DNA of 55,642 bases, taken from NCBI GenBank assembly GCA_051382305.1, contig JBBCAV010000131.1, positions 1 through 55,642 of the forward strand, given 5' to 3'. The notes beneath the pieces were generated by a model, which had not been told where the DNA came from, searched no databases, and worked only from the letters and a program-made list of their open reading frames with translations. Source of the DNA: Bdellovibrionota bacterium FG-2 (GTDB taxonomy: Bacteria > Bdellovibrionota > UBA1018). Below are positions 26,931 to 37,270 of the stretch, one piece after another (position 1 is the first letter of the stretch; the number at the start of each line of letters is the position of its first letter). The position numbers were made by a program, and so were the translations under genes.

Positions 26931-28185
26931 GTAAAGCCTCCTGAGCGTTCGCCCATTTTGAATATCGAGTCAACAAAAGTAGTCCAGGCACCGAGGCCGC
27001 AACACTGATCATAAAATAAAGCGGCCACCCCACACTCTTTGCCAAAAACCCAGTGGGGGCGCCGCCAATAATTCGCGTCAGGGCCATCAGACTCGTCAGC
27101 AAAGCAAACTGGGTCGCGGTAAAGCGCTTATCACAGAGTCTCATCAAGAATGCGGAAAATGCGGCCGTACCCATTCCGCTGCAGAAGTTTTCAGCCGCAA
27201 TTGAAACAACCATCATCGGATAGTGATGTCCTAAAGTCGCCAGTGCCGCAAATGAAAATCCAGAAACCGCCTGAAAAATCCCAAAAGACCAAAGCGAGAG
27301 TCGCAGCCCCCAACGCACCATAAGGGCGCCCCCGGTGAGGGTGCCCAAGATTGTCGCGACCAATCCAAACCCCTTCGTCACGGCTCCAATGTCGGTCTTC
27401 GTAAATCCAAGCTCCATCATAAAAGGCGTCGTAAGCGCGGTCGCAATCACGACATCCAATTTATAGAGCACTACAAAAATCAAAATCTCAACCGCGCCCG
27501 GCCGTTTGAAAAATTCAATGAAGGGAAAAATAATCGCATCGGTCAAAGACTTCGGAGGATTGGGAGCCTCTTGCGGCTCTGGCGCTAGAAAGCTCATCAG
27601 GACGCCCACGCCCATCGCGGCCGCCATAATAAAATAAACCATTTTCCACGGAAGGCGATCCGCCAAAATCAACGCGACCGCGCCCGAAAAAAGCATGGCG
27701 ATCCGATAGCCCATAATATGAATCGCCGCGCCCGGGCCCTGCTCTTTTTTCCCAAGCAGATCCGTTCGGTAAGCATCCACTACAATGTCTTGGCTTGCAC
27801 TAAAAAACGAAACGATCACTGCAAGAAAGGCCGTCATGAATGCATGACCCACCGGATCTGAAAAACCGAGGCAGGCGATCGCTAAGACTAGGGCGAATTG
27901 CGAGAGCAAAACCCAACTGCGCCTACGTCCCCAAAAAGGAGGAACGAACCGATCCATCAATGGTGCCCAGACAAATTTAAATGCATAGGGCAATCCCACC
28001 AGAGAAAACAAACCAATTGTGGTGAGATCGACATTCTCGGTCTTCATCCAAGCTTGAAGCGTGGCGCCGGTCAACGCCAGGGGCATTCCCGAGGAAAACC
28101 CAAAGACCAAGATCGTCAACATCCTGCGGCTAAAAAAAGGTGAACCCATTGAACTCATCGTAACAGGCTTTGCGCTCTCACTCAA
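26920..28185 (-). CDS. ampG: AmpG muropeptide MFS permease
   Basis: GFSSGMPLAL, KFVWAPLMD, SASQDIVVDAY, TATQFALLTSL. Start could be ATG 28158. Confidence 0.93.
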   Translation of the reverse strand: MSESAKPVTMSSMGSPFFSRRMLTILVFGFSSGMPLALTGATLQAWMKTENVDLTTIGLFSLVGLPYAFKFVWAPLMDRFVPPFWGRRRSWVLLSQFALVLAIACLGFSDPVGHAFMTAFLAVIVSFFSASQDIVVDAYRTDLLGKKEQGPGAAIHIMGYRIAMLFSGAVALILADRLPWKMVYFIMAAAMGVGVLMSFLAPEPQEAPNPPKSLTDAIIFPFIEFFKRPGAVEILIFVVLYKLDVVIATALTTPFMMELGFTKTDIGAVTKGFGLVATILGTLTGGALMVRWGLRLSLWSFGIFQAVSGFSFAALATLGHHYPMMVVSIAAENFCSGMGTAAFSAFLMRLCDKRFTATQFALLTSLMALTRIIGGAPTGFLAKSVGWPLYFMISVAASVPGLLLLTRYSKWANAQEALREN

Positions 28186-28203
28186 CTTCAGTTAGAAGAA
28201 GGC

Positions 28204-29787
28204 ATGGGCAAAAATACTTCTCGAGCCGAGTTTCCTTCCGATCTTCAAGCGCTTCGCGAGACTCTTGCCACTCTTCCCGCCGCACTCGAAGAGGACCCGG
28301 GGTGGTATGGCTCTGTTTACTTCGAACGCAAGACCAGTCGCGTACTCGCGGCTAATCTAAAAAATACCCAGATTTCGGATTCGACGACCATGGGGGCCGT
28401 GCTCCGAATTTTCAATGGCGAGACGCTTTTTGAACAAGCCACAGACGAACTCACTGTAGAGAGTCTCAAGACACAGGCCAAAGAACTGATCGCCCGCGTA
28501 CGCGAGGCCGACGCTCTTTCCAAAAACTCACGCAAAACCTATCCCGCACCAAGCTGGAAAGATCGTCTGTCACAAAAACTCGATCCTGAAATTCTCTCTC
28601 AGATTCCCACTCCCTTAACGCCTGCGACCCCAGTTCATTTTGGAATCGCTTATCAAAATGACCCTCGAACGCCCTCTCCCAGCGATACTTTTGATCGACT
28701 GAAAACTATTTTAGAGGCCTGTAAAGAAGTGGCCCATGAGGTAGGAATTGATTCCTCCGATTTGACCTATGTGTTAGCCCGCCAAACAGTCGCCGAAGAA
28801 GTCGCTCTATTTATTGATCGCGAAGTCAACATGTCGCAAACCCTACTTCGAGTCGCACTCGTGGCCATCACCATGTCAGGGGCAGAGCGCACGATTTCAA
28901 AAAAAGGCGGCCTAGGTGGGCTAGAAGCAATCCAAATCTCCAAAGACGAATTGCGCCCACAAATCAAAGATCTTTACGCACTTCGGAACGCGGAACGACT
29001 CGTACCTGGACGCTATCGCGTGCTCTTTAGTCCAGCAACCACGGGTGTGATCGCTCATGAAGCCTTTGGCCATTCGCAGGAGGGCGACACATGTGCGCGT
29101 GGGCGTAGCAAAGCTTGGGATTTGTACAAGAGCGGCAAAAAGGTCGGAAACCTAAACGCGACGATCCTAAATAACCCGGCGATTTTTGCAAATGCGATGG
29201 AACCTTGTGCCGCGTGGGGAAGTTACTTCTTTGATGAAGAAGGATGGCTGGCGCAAGAACAGGTCTTGCTGGATCAGGGAGGGCTTTGTTCACCCATGAC
29301 AAATTTTACATCGGCGATTCAATTGGGGGTTGCCCGAACCGCCAATGGTAAACGCGAGAGCTGGGCGAATGGGGTTTATACCCGGCAAACCAACACTTAT
29401 TTTAGCGCAGGCGAGAAGACCCTTGCGCAGCTCATTGTAGACCTTAATGACGGTTATCTTGCCTTCCATCCGGCCGGCGGAATGGAAGACCCCAAGGGAA
29501 TGGGCATTCAAGTTGGACTCGCTTTTCTTGAGGAAGTCAAAAACGGCAAGCGTACGGGGCGCTACTTCAAGGGCCCGGCCGGCGGCGAAATTCAAATGAC
29601 GGGATATACACCAGACATTTTGAATTCCATTATCGCAAAATCAAAGGTCGAGGCGGACCAAGATACTCCTGACCGCGCCGCACATCCTTACAATGATGTC
29701 GGCGGCTGCGGTAAATATCACAAAGAGTTGGTCCAAGCGGGTTGTGGCGGACCCTACATACTTATCGAAAACGTCATACTCGGTTAA
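28204..29787 (+). CDS. tldD: TldD-family metalloprotease, catalytic subunit
   Basis: HEAFGHSQEGD, FDEEG, RQTNTY, GGCGK. Confidence 0.85.
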   Translation: MGKNTSRAEFPSDLQALRETLATLPAALEEDPGWYGSVYFERKTSRVLAANLKNTQISDSTTMGAVLRIFNGETLFEQATDELTVESLKTQAKELIARVREADALSKNSRKTYPAPSWKDRLSQKLDPEILSQIPTPLTPATPVHFGIAYQNDPRTPSPSDTFDRLKTILEACKEVAHEVGIDSSDLTYVLARQTVAEEVALFIDREVNMSQTLLRVALVAITMSGAERTISKKGGLGGLEAIQISKDELRPQIKDLYALRNAERLVPGRYRVLFSPATTGVIAHEAFGHSQEGDTCARGRSKAWDLYKSGKKVGNLNATILNNPAIFANAMEPCAAWGSYFFDEEGWLAQEQVLLDQGGLCSPMTNFTSAIQLGVARTANGKRESWANGVYTRQTNTYFSAGEKTLAQLIVDLNDGYLAFHPAGGMEDPKGMGIQVGLAFLEEVKNGKRTGRYFKGPAGGEIQMTGYTPDILNSIIAKSKVEADQDTPDRAAHPYNDVGGCGKYHKELVQAGCGGPYILIENVILG

Positions 29788-29803
29788 GAGGGTAGAATAA
29801 CAC

Positions 29804-31189
29804 ATGGGCACACAACGCTGGAACATCGAACAACTCAAGACCGCTCTTGAAAAAAGAGAAGAGCTCAAGGGTTGGATTCTCATCCACGAACACTTTAAGC
29901 GGCGCGAGCGCTATTTGATGCAGAGGCAGGCCTCCCTGACGATGGATCAAGATCGCGAAGTCAATGGCGAAAATCTGCGGGTTCGCGTGATGGTGCTACT
30001 TCCAAAGGACGGCCGACAAGGCGAAGCGTCTCGCAAACTTTTCATGAGCGAGCCCCTCACCCCGCAGATCGACTCAGCCATTGAGGCCGCTCTTCAAACA
30101 GATTATCAGGAATGGTCGCTCCCGGAAGAAAATACCATGACCCCTCCCCGGAATTTACCCCAACTGAAGACCTCGGATCCCAAAATGGCCGAAAATCTTG
30201 ACGGCGTAATGAAAGAGCTCACGGCGCGCATTTCTAATGCGGCGTTAAAGCCTCGGAACTCGAAGTTCAATTCTGCTGAACTGTTTTTATCGCTTCATGA
30301 TCTTGAGGTGTACAACAGCCGAGGCCTGACCTATCGCTATTCGCAGAGCCGGATCTATACTGAGGCGGCGTTTTCGTTTTCGAAAAAACTTAGCACAGGC
30401 GAGATGATTTCTGATGAATACCTCAACACTCGCTGGGCCATTGCCCTTGAGGATTTTCCGATCGAAGGCCTGTTCGAAGAAACCGCGGAACGCGCAGAGC
30501 AAACGTTGGATGTGCACAAACCAGAATCGGGAAGGTATCCCGTCATTGTGGATGCTGAAGTTTTGGGTCAGCTAATTTCTGCGCAAGCCTCTCAGATTTC
30601 GGCTACCAACTCCTATCACGGTTTGCCATTTGTTAAACAGGGCGACGAATTGTTTTCGGGGGCAAAAGGCGATTTAGTTTCCATCACGTTGGATCCCAGC
30701 CTCGATTATGGCGCCGACACGGTTGCGATCTCGGAACAAGGGCTACGACAAGTTCCTCTCAAACTCGTCGAAAACAACCGCGTCGTAGGAACCTCTGCCG
30801 ATCAACAGTTTGGCGAATACCTCGGCATGAAGCCCACGACCGTGCGGGGTACCGTAGTATTAAGCCCGGGCTCCATGACCCGCGAAAAAATGACTCAAAG
30901 TGCGCCGCGCGTGCTGGAGATTTTGCAGTTCTCCGCGTTGGTCGTTGATCCCAATCGCGGGACTTTCAGCAGTGAAATAAGGTTGGCCCGCCTTTTCGAT
31001 AATGAAACCAAGACCGTGAAATTCCTTAAAGGGGGCTCGCTCTCAGGCTCCCTCAGAGAGAATATGCTCGAAGCCCGTTTCACCCAGAATTGTGTGAAAC
31101 GCGCAAATTTTTCGACGCTTTCGAATTCAGGCAGCGGCTATTATGGGCCGGAGTTTGGGCTGCTCAACGATGTGTCGGTAGTGGGTTAA
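29804..31189 (+). CDS. TldE/PmbA-like partner subunit
   Basis: GRYPVIVD, ITLDP, GTFS, GGSLSG; no HExxH; follows tldD. Confidence 0.8.
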   Translation: MGTQRWNIEQLKTALEKREELKGWILIHEHFKRRERYLMQRQASLTMDQDREVNGENLRVRVMVLLPKDGRQGEASRKLFMSEPLTPQIDSAIEAALQTDYQEWSLPEENTMTPPRNLPQLKTSDPKMAENLDGVMKELTARISNAALKPRNSKFNSAELFLSLHDLEVYNSRGLTYRYSQSRIYTEAAFSFSKKLSTGEMISDEYLNTRWAIALEDFPIEGLFEETAERAEQTLDVHKPESGRYPVIVDAEVLGQLISAQASQISATNSYHGLPFVKQGDELFSGAKGDLVSITLDPSLDYGADTVAISEQGLRQVPLKLVENNRVVGTSADQQFGEYLGMKPTTVRGTVVLSPGSMTREKMTQSAPRVLEILQFSALVVDPNRGTFSSEIRLARLFDNETKTVKFLKGGSLSGSLRENMLEARFTQNCVKRANFSTLSNSGSGYYGPEFGLLNDVSVVG

Positions 31190-31827
31190 AAATACAACCG
31201 AGTTCCAAAAACCGTGCTTGAGGCTTCGCCGGAGCGATTCGTGCCCACGTAGCTTCCAAAAATTCGAAGCGCTTTAAAATCGATAAAGGGCGAAACCTCA
31301 TAGCGATTGCCCGATTCAAAATACCGCCTAAAAGTTCCGTTTACTCCAAAGAATCGGGTCAAATAGGCGGTCAAAGCAGCCCCCCCGACCGGCTCATGCG
31401 TAAACCGTAGCTGATCTCTCATGTTTAACCCACCGACCAACGTGAGATTCGTCCCTTGGTCGTGATAACCAAAAACGCGCAAGTGAGCCGTCGCGAGCGT
31501 TTCAGGTTGGGACGAAAAATCCCGCTCAGCGGCAAGACCAAAAATAGAGGCAAAAGCGGCACCCGAAACATGAAAAAAGTTGTTGCCGGACCGCGGAAAC
31601 TGATAATCTCCCTGTAGGTAAAACTCATAAGGACTTGGCGAATGTAGAGCCAACCAGAGATCCATCAATCGCATCTTGTCGCGCGTCTCAATCCAATCCG
31701 AGAGCCAGAAGCCATATTTATGCTTATCTTCATTTTTTTTGACCACAATCGTGTAAATGTCGTCGGCTTGGGCTCGAACCGGCAGGACTAAGCTGAGCAC
31801 AATCAGGAGCGAGATGAGAAATTTCAT
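31186..31827 (-). CDS. Hypothetical exported protein, probable small beta-barrel
   Basis: Signal peptide AQA; strand pattern ending GTRLYF. Confidence 0.7.
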   Translation of the reverse strand: MKFLISLLIVLSLVLPVRAQADDIYTIVVKKNEDKHKYGFWLSDWIETRDKMRLMDLWLALHSPSPYEFYLQGDYQFPRSGNNFFHVSGAAFASIFGLAAERDFSSQPETLATAHLRVFGYHDQGTNLTLVGGLNMRDQLRFTHEPVGGAALTAYLTRFFGVNGTFRRYFESGNRYEVSPFIDFKALRIFGSYVGTNRSGEASSTVFGTRLYF

Positions 31828-32213
31828 TTAGTTTTCCTTTTAATGGGGGTTTTGGGTTTCTTGGGTTTAGGTTCAACCCCGATGCGCGGATCGCGTTTCT
31901 TAATGAGCTTAATAACGCGTTGGGCGATCTCTTCAAAGTCTGGGTGATTTTGGGAAATGTAGAGCCATTTACCCAGGATCGGATGATTTTTAAGGGCCGG
32001 GAACTCTTCGAGCAGTGAAGCATGAAACTCCCGCTCGGTAGGAACCATAAGCCCGTTCCAAGGTTCCGCATCGGCCCCAACAAGAACGACAAGCCGCCCA
32101 TAAAGATAGCCTGCCAAGGCCCCGAACATTTTCTTCTGAAAAAACTCTGGATTCGTTTCCAACTCCTCTAGAATCCACTGAAGGGGATGGTTTTGGCGGA
32201 CTTTCGGTTTCAT
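31824..32213 (-). CDS. TfoX-N-like hypothetical protein
   Basis: KKMFGALAGYLYG, HPILGKWLY, DPRIG. Confidence 0.7.
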   Translation of the reverse strand: MKPKVRQNHPLQWILEELETNPEFFQKKMFGALAGYLYGRLVVLVGADAEPWNGLMVPTEREFHASLLEEFPALKNHPILGKWLYISQNHPDFEEIAQRVIKLIKKRDPRIGVEPKPKKPKTPIKRKTK

Positions 32214-32288
32214 AGCTCATTCTAACCGGAACAAATTCAAAGACAATTTCAAACTTCTCCTATAAAATGTGCTATTCTTAAGGAACAA

Positions 32289-33524
32289 GTGACCGACATA
32301 ATTACGAACACATGGCAGTCCCTGGGGCTTCGGCCTCAAATTCTTGAGCTTCTTTCTAAGGCGGGGTATGAGACCCCAACCCCGGTTCAGGCGGAATCAA
32401 TTCCTATTGCGCTCAAAGGAGGCGATCTGCTTGCTTCTGCGCAAACGGGAACCGGAAAAACCGCCGCTTTTTCGCTCCCTATGATTGAGCGCTTCGCCGG
32501 CCGGCAAGGAACGTTTGGCTTGGTCCTGGCCCCTACGCGAGAAGTCGCACAGCAAACTCACGCCACCCTTCAGCAATTTGGAGAGCCCTTAGGGGTTCGT
32601 TCAATCGTGCTGATTGGGGGAATCAACATCCGACTTGATTCGGTCGCTTTGCAGTCCTACCCTCAGATTATTGTCGCAACACCGGGCAGGCTTTGTGATC
32701 CCCTCGATCGTGGAACCATTTGGCTGGATTTCATCGAGACGCTTGTTCTGGATGAAGCCGATCGAATGCTCGATATGGGATTTGCAGATGAACTCGCAAG
32801 GATCGTCAATGACATACCAAAAGATCGACAGACACTGCTCTTTTCGGCGACCATTCCCGCTTCAATTGAACAGCTAACCAAGAAAATTCTTCATAACCCC
32901 CATCGCGTCAGTATTGGCAAACCCTCGGGGTCCGCAAAATCGGTGGAACAGCGCCTGCTTTGGATGGATGAGAGCGCCAAGAACTCCGAGCTGCGCCGAC
33001 TTTTGCGCGAAGAAAAAGGGAGCGTCATTATTTTTACCCGCTCCAAAGCTGGGGCAACTCGCGTCTGGAGATCACTGCATAGCTGTGGCATCTACGACGC
33101 GACCTACATTCATTCTGATCGTCTGCAAGCACACCGTGAACAAGCGCTTGCGGAATTTAAAGAAGGCAAATACCGCATTCTCGTAGCCACCGACGTTGCG
33201 GGCCGAGGGATTCATGTGGATGACATCGCGCACGTCGTTAATTATGACATGCCCATGGAAGCCGAAGACTACGTTCATCGTATCGGAAGAACGGGCCGAG
33301 TCGATGCCTTAGGAAAAGCAACCACCTTCGTTACGGCCCGCGATCGCCTGGTTTTAGGTCGCATTCAGAAACTCGTAGGCGAGGCGATTCCCGCTGAATT
33401 CACCCCATCCTATCCTTCGCATGAAGAAGGCTCCAGACGCCCTCCAGGGCGATCGGGGCCTCCCAGCCGCGGTGGCCGGGGCGGTGGCGGTTCCTCGCGA
33501 GGCCCAAACAAACGAAGGAGATAA
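32289..33524 (+). CDS. DEAD-box RNA helicase (RhlE-like)
   Basis: AQTGTGKT, PTRE, TPGR, DEAD, SAT, HRIGRTGR, RGG tail. Confidence 0.95.
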   Translation: MTDIITNTWQSLGLRPQILELLSKAGYETPTPVQAESIPIALKGGDLLASAQTGTGKTAAFSLPMIERFAGRQGTFGLVLAPTREVAQQTHATLQQFGEPLGVRSIVLIGGINIRLDSVALQSYPQIIVATPGRLCDPLDRGTIWLDFIETLVLDEADRMLDMGFADELARIVNDIPKDRQTLLFSATIPASIEQLTKKILHNPHRVSIGKPSGSAKSVEQRLLWMDESAKNSELRRLLREEKGSVIIFTRSKAGATRVWRSLHSCGIYDATYIHSDRLQAHREQALAEFKEGKYRILVATDVAGRGIHVDDIAHVVNYDMPMEAEDYVHRIGRTGRVDALGKATTFVTARDRLVLGRIQKLVGEAIPAEFTPSYPSHEEGSRRPPGRSGPPSRGGRGGGGSSRGPNKRRR

Positions 33525-33530
33525 ACATCT

Positions 33531-34019
33531 GTGAATGTCGAGTTTATGGATGTCGTCGTCTGGATCGGTTACGTGGTTTGTGCAGCAGCCGTCTTATATT
33601 TTGCCATCACCCAGCTTAAAAAAATGGATTTTGGCGGTCACACTGCCCATAAGCCCTCAAAAGCCAAACCCGTACGCGTAATCAAAGCCGCAGGCGGGTT
33701 GAAGTCCGACATTATGCAAGAAGGCCAAGGAGACGGCGCGAAAAGTCTGGACACGCTCACCGTTCATTTTGACGCCTTTTTGTCTTCGGGTGAAAAGATC
33801 GACTCCTCTCATGACCGCGGCCATTCACTCACTTTCAAGCTAGGAACAGGGGCTGTAATTTATGGTTGGGATCAGGCACTGAAGGGTGTGCGCGCGGGTG
33901 AAAAAAGAAAAGTCACCGTCCCGGCCGCGATGGCGTACGGCAAGAAAGGGAAAAACAAAGTCCCCCCCAATGCCACGGTGATATTTGAAGTCGAAGTGCT
34001 AAGCATTCAAAAACATTGA
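33531..34019 (+). CDS. FKBP-type PPIase with N-terminal membrane anchor
   Basis: DSSHDRG, VIYGWDQ, MAYG, VPPNATVIFEVEVL. Confidence 0.9.
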   Translation: MNVEFMDVVVWIGYVVCAAAVLYFAITQLKKMDFGGHTAHKPSKAKPVRVIKAAGGLKSDIMQEGQGDGAKSLDTLTVHFDAFLSSGEKIDSSHDRGHSLTFKLGTGAVIYGWDQALKGVRAGEKRKVTVPAAMAYGKKGKNKVPPNATVIFEVEVLSIQKH

Positions 34020-34024
34020 CGGCC

Positions 34025-35026
34025 CTAAATCCAAAAACTCGCTACAGACGCACACAACAATGGAATCGTAAAATTATCATCCAGCACCGTTCCGAAAACT
34101 TCAGCCACCGCGCCGACTGCGGCGACTGAAAAAGCTAAGGCGATAGCTGGCATCCCCGCAATTTGAGGAACCCAACCCGCAAGAAAACCCCAAACGGCAA
34201 AAAACGAGAAGCCAAAAAATGCTGCGGTTCCCAAGAAGCTTTTTTCTCTCCAAAGTTTAACAGTGCCCCAACGCTTGCCAAAAACTGTGGCAGCGGGATC
34301 CCCCACGGCCAAAACCAGACAGCCGAGCTCTGCAGCATGTTTCGGAAAAATCCAAATCATTAAGGTCAAAGCGATAGTAAAATAGGTCGCCGAATTAACA
34401 TGATGTCGCTCCCAAGGTCTTGCCACCACCTTAAATACGCGATCCAACAAAAAATCATTAATACGGGGAGACAGTTTTCGAAGCGATTCACAAGTAATCG
34501 CAAACCCTGAAAACACAAGAAGCACGACAAGGGCCTGCTTTTGCGTCAGAAAATACTCGTACAAGAAAACGGACACCAAACCATTAACAAGGTGATAGAC
34601 ATTTCGCGGATAATTAGTCCCCTTGAAGCGGGCTAACTTTGGAACAGCCTGTGAAGAAGCATATTGTCGATGAGTTGCTCTAACCCCAACCCGCAGCGCC
34701 TCATAACCTCGGGCCAGAGCGTGATTATGTTTCTTCAACTCTCTCTTAAGCTCTTTCTTCAGTTCCTTCTTGCCTCGCGCAGTTTCCAGGGCCTGAGCGT
34801 AGGACTCTAAACTCTTTGCCACAACCTCTAGGGAATGACTCAAAGCCTTCTGACGAGCGGCGGCACTTTTCCTAAGCATGAGGGCTTGTTTGCTCAATTG
34901 ATCGCACTGAAGTTTCGAGCGCTCGACCCATTTGGGATCAAGAAGTTTCGGTCGCTGCAGTGTGTTCATGAATTGATAGAGATCGGCCGTGATGCCAAAA
35001 AGAGCGGCTGTATGATGAGAGTTCAT
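34025..35026 (-). CDS. CTP-dependent diacylglycerol/polyprenol kinase family protein with soluble N-terminal extension
   Basis: RNVYH, LAVGDPAATVFGKRWG, KSFLGT, DDNFTIP. Confidence 0.85.
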   Translation of the reverse strand: MNSHHTAALFGITADLYQFMNTLQRPKLLDPKWVERSKLQCDQLSKQALMLRKSAAARQKALSHSLEVVAKSLESYAQALETARGKKELKKELKRELKKHNHALARGYEALRVGVRATHRQYASSQAVPKLARFKGTNYPRNVYHLVNGLVSVFLYEYFLTQKQALVVLLVFSGFAITCESLRKLSPRINDFLLDRVFKVVARPWERHHVNSATYFTIALTLMIWIFPKHAAELGCLVLAVGDPAATVFGKRWGTVKLWREKSFLGTAAFFGFSFFAVWGFLAGWVPQIAGMPAIALAFSVAAVGAVAEVFGTVLDDNFTIPLLCASVASFWI

Positions 35027-35165
35027 GGCTAGACAATAGCCCAGATAGCCAGGAAAAATCTCCCGAAAAATGCGCTCCGATCAAAGAGAAACATGCGGCC
35101 TTTGACGTGCCGCAAGGTGACATTTCGCTTCAAAAACGTTTCCCAATATTCTAAAGACAGTTAGA

Positions 35166-35825
35166 ATGACACCCCATGAGCTAAGAGATTTTGTTTACGG
35201 CCAAATCGCCCGCATAGGAAAAGCGGTCTCCAGTCCCAAGCGACTGGAGATTCTTGACCTTTTATCGCAAGGTGAAAAGTCGGTCGAAACGCTATCCGAA
35301 AGATCTGAGATGAGCATCAAGCTCACCAGCTCTCATCTCAAAGAACTACGGGCCGCCCATTTAGTAGAGAAGCGAAAAGAAGGCAAATACGTCATTTACC
35401 GACTTGCCGACGAATCCATTATTGAACTGTGGGTAAAACTCAGGTCCCTCGCCGAAACGCAATATCATGAACTCACAAGCACCCTAGAGCAGCACGGAGG
35501 CGCTTCTGACGAAACCTACCACGTTGCAGTCAAGCAGGTATTTGAGAAGGCAAAAAAGGGGGATCTTCTCCTTTTGGACGTTCGCCCCCTAGATGAATAT
35601 CTGGCAGGCCACCTTCCCTTTGCACAGTCGATTCCGATTGAAGAGCTACGCAAGCGGATGAGCGAGCTCCCGAAAGGCAAGGAAATTGTTACCTACTGCA
35701 AAGGGAGCCACTGCCTGCAAGCGAATGTAGCCGTCAAAATCTTACGAAAACGCGGCTATAAAGCGTCGCGCCTCAAAGATGGAATCACCGACTTCAGAGC
35801 CGAAGGAGTCACCTTAGAAAAATAA
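35166..35825 (+). CDS. ArsR-family regulator fused to a rhodanese domain
   Basis: SSPKRLEILDLL HTH; LLDVRP, GHLPFAQSIP, YCKGSHC. Confidence 0.93.
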   Translation: MTPHELRDFVYGQIARIGKAVSSPKRLEILDLLSQGEKSVETLSERSEMSIKLTSSHLKELRAAHLVEKRKEGKYVIYRLADESIIELWVKLRSLAETQYHELTSTLEQHGGASDETYHVAVKQVFEKAKKGDLLLLDVRPLDEYLAGHLPFAQSIPIEELRKRMSELPKGKEIVTYCKGSHCLQANVAVKILRKRGYKASRLKDGITDFRAEGVTLEK

Positions 35826-35838
35826 TTCTATTACCAGT

Positions 35839-35892
35839 TTGACATCGAGACCGTTTACCCGTAATATCAATCCAACAATCATTAGATTGATA
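35839..35892 (+). promoter_or_regulatory. Sigma70 promoter with overlapping palindromic operator
   Basis: TTGACA-N17-TAATAT (35839-35867); inverted repeat TATCAATCCAA-N6-TTAGATTGATA (35865-35892, 10/11 match). Confidence 0.8.
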
Positions 35893-35920
35893 GATTAAAA
35901 GAAATGCGAAGGTACCCGAA

Positions 35921-37270
35921 ATGAAACTATATGCAAGCCGCACACCCTTTTTTAGTTTTGTCGTTTTAAGCCTTCTGCCGCTGGTGGCCTTGGCCTCCGC
36001 CCCCCCTGAACTAAGCTTTTCCGACGTCTGGTCGCATATCGCGGGGCAGACGCCGTCTGAAAAAGCGGTCGCAAGTGAGCTCGAGGCGTCCCTAATCGCT
36101 GCTGCTCGTAGCCAAAGGCACTGGTTTCCCGTCCTTTATCTCGACGCGAAAGGCTACGATACCAATGATCCGGGCGCTGCATTATTTTCTAAGTTGAGTC
36201 AGAGACAGATTTCACCTTCAGACTTTTCTCCCGATCTTATGAATCATCCCGGAGCCCAATTAACGGAGAAACTCACACTCGGTTTAAACCTCCCGCTCTA
36301 TGAAGGAGGCGTCCGCAAAGCGCACGCGCAAATCGACCAAACACTCGTCCAAGCAAAAGGGCTTGAAGAACAAGCCACAAAACAGAAAATGTATCTTGAA
36401 ACGGCCCGGATTTTTCAAAGCCTTACGATAGAAGCGCGCGCGCTTAAGAATCTTTCGCAACTCGAAAAGGTTCTCATCGAAATTCTTGCCCGTTACCGAC
36501 TCGGCTCTAAAGCAAACCCCGTGGGTTACTCAGGGCTTTTGGGACTCCAAAGTCTCAGAAACAAAATTGCAGGTCTTATGCTTCAAAAACAGGCCAAAAT
36601 GGCGACCTATTACGGAGCCCTCCGAAAGATGTCTCAAGATGCATCCAATGCCCTGCCCGAAAAGTGGGAACCTCAGGACGAAGACGTCATCGAGTTCTCA
36701 AGAAATCACCTCAATCCAATGGCTGCAACGGAAATGAAAAATCCAGGCTCTCTGCGTCTCCAGAGCATGGAGACTGCAGCCCTCGCCTCCGACCAGGCGA
36801 TCGCCATAGAAAAGGCGAAATTTTTGCCCCGCTTCGGACTTTTTGCGGAAAGCAGCCTTAACCACGGTTCCCGAGACACGGCAGTTTCTCACACCGGCGG
36901 CGCCTACTTACAATGGGATCTTTTCTCGGCCTCGAATTTTGGGGCCGTTCACCAGGCCCAAGCGGCAAGCGCCGCAACTCATTCGCGGGTTCAGGAGGCG
37001 AAAATTCAAGAAGAAATTCAAACCCTGGGAAGCAAAGAAGCCTCCGGTGCGCTCGAAAAAGGCCTAAAACTTCTCACCGATAGCGCTCGCCTCTTGGAAG
37101 AGCAAACAGAAGTTGCCAGAAAACTCTTTAAAGGTGGCGCGATGAACGCCCTGCAATTTAGCGAGGTCCTAAACCGCAGAGCGGACCTCCTGAGTGCTAT
37201 TGATCAGACGGAAACCCAATATCTAAACGCGCAAATTACCCTTAGCGAATCAGGAGCTTCTAATGAGTGA
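35921..37270 (+). CDS. TolC-family outer-membrane efflux protein
   Basis: Signal peptide; LNLPLYEGG, FLPRF, LQWDLFS repeats. Confidence 0.88.
   Translation: MKLYASRTPFFSFVVLSLLPLVALASAPPELSFSDVWSHIAGQTPSEKAVASELEASLIAAARSQRHWFPVLYLDAKGYDTNDPGAALFSKLSQRQISPSDFSPDLMNHPGAQLTEKLTLGLNLPLYEGGVRKAHAQIDQTLVQAKGLEEQATKQKMYLETARIFQSLTIEARALKNLSQLEKVLIEILARYRLGSKANPVGYSGLLGLQSLRNKIAGLMLQKQAKMATYYGALRKMSQDASNALPEKWEPQDEDVIEFSRNHLNPMAATEMKNPGSLRLQSMETAALASDQAIAIEKAKFLPRFGLFAESSLNHGSRDTAVSHTGGAYLQWDLFSASNFGAVHQAQAASAATHSRVQEAKIQEEIQTLGSKEASGALEKGLKLLTDSARLLEEQTEVARKLFKGGAMNALQFSEVLNRRADLLSAIDQTETQYLNAQITLSESGASNE

Noticed and set aside
32690-32710. GRLCDPL instead of GRLxDHL in the helicase
   Set aside because: Single substitution with all core motifs intact; may be a variant or base error.
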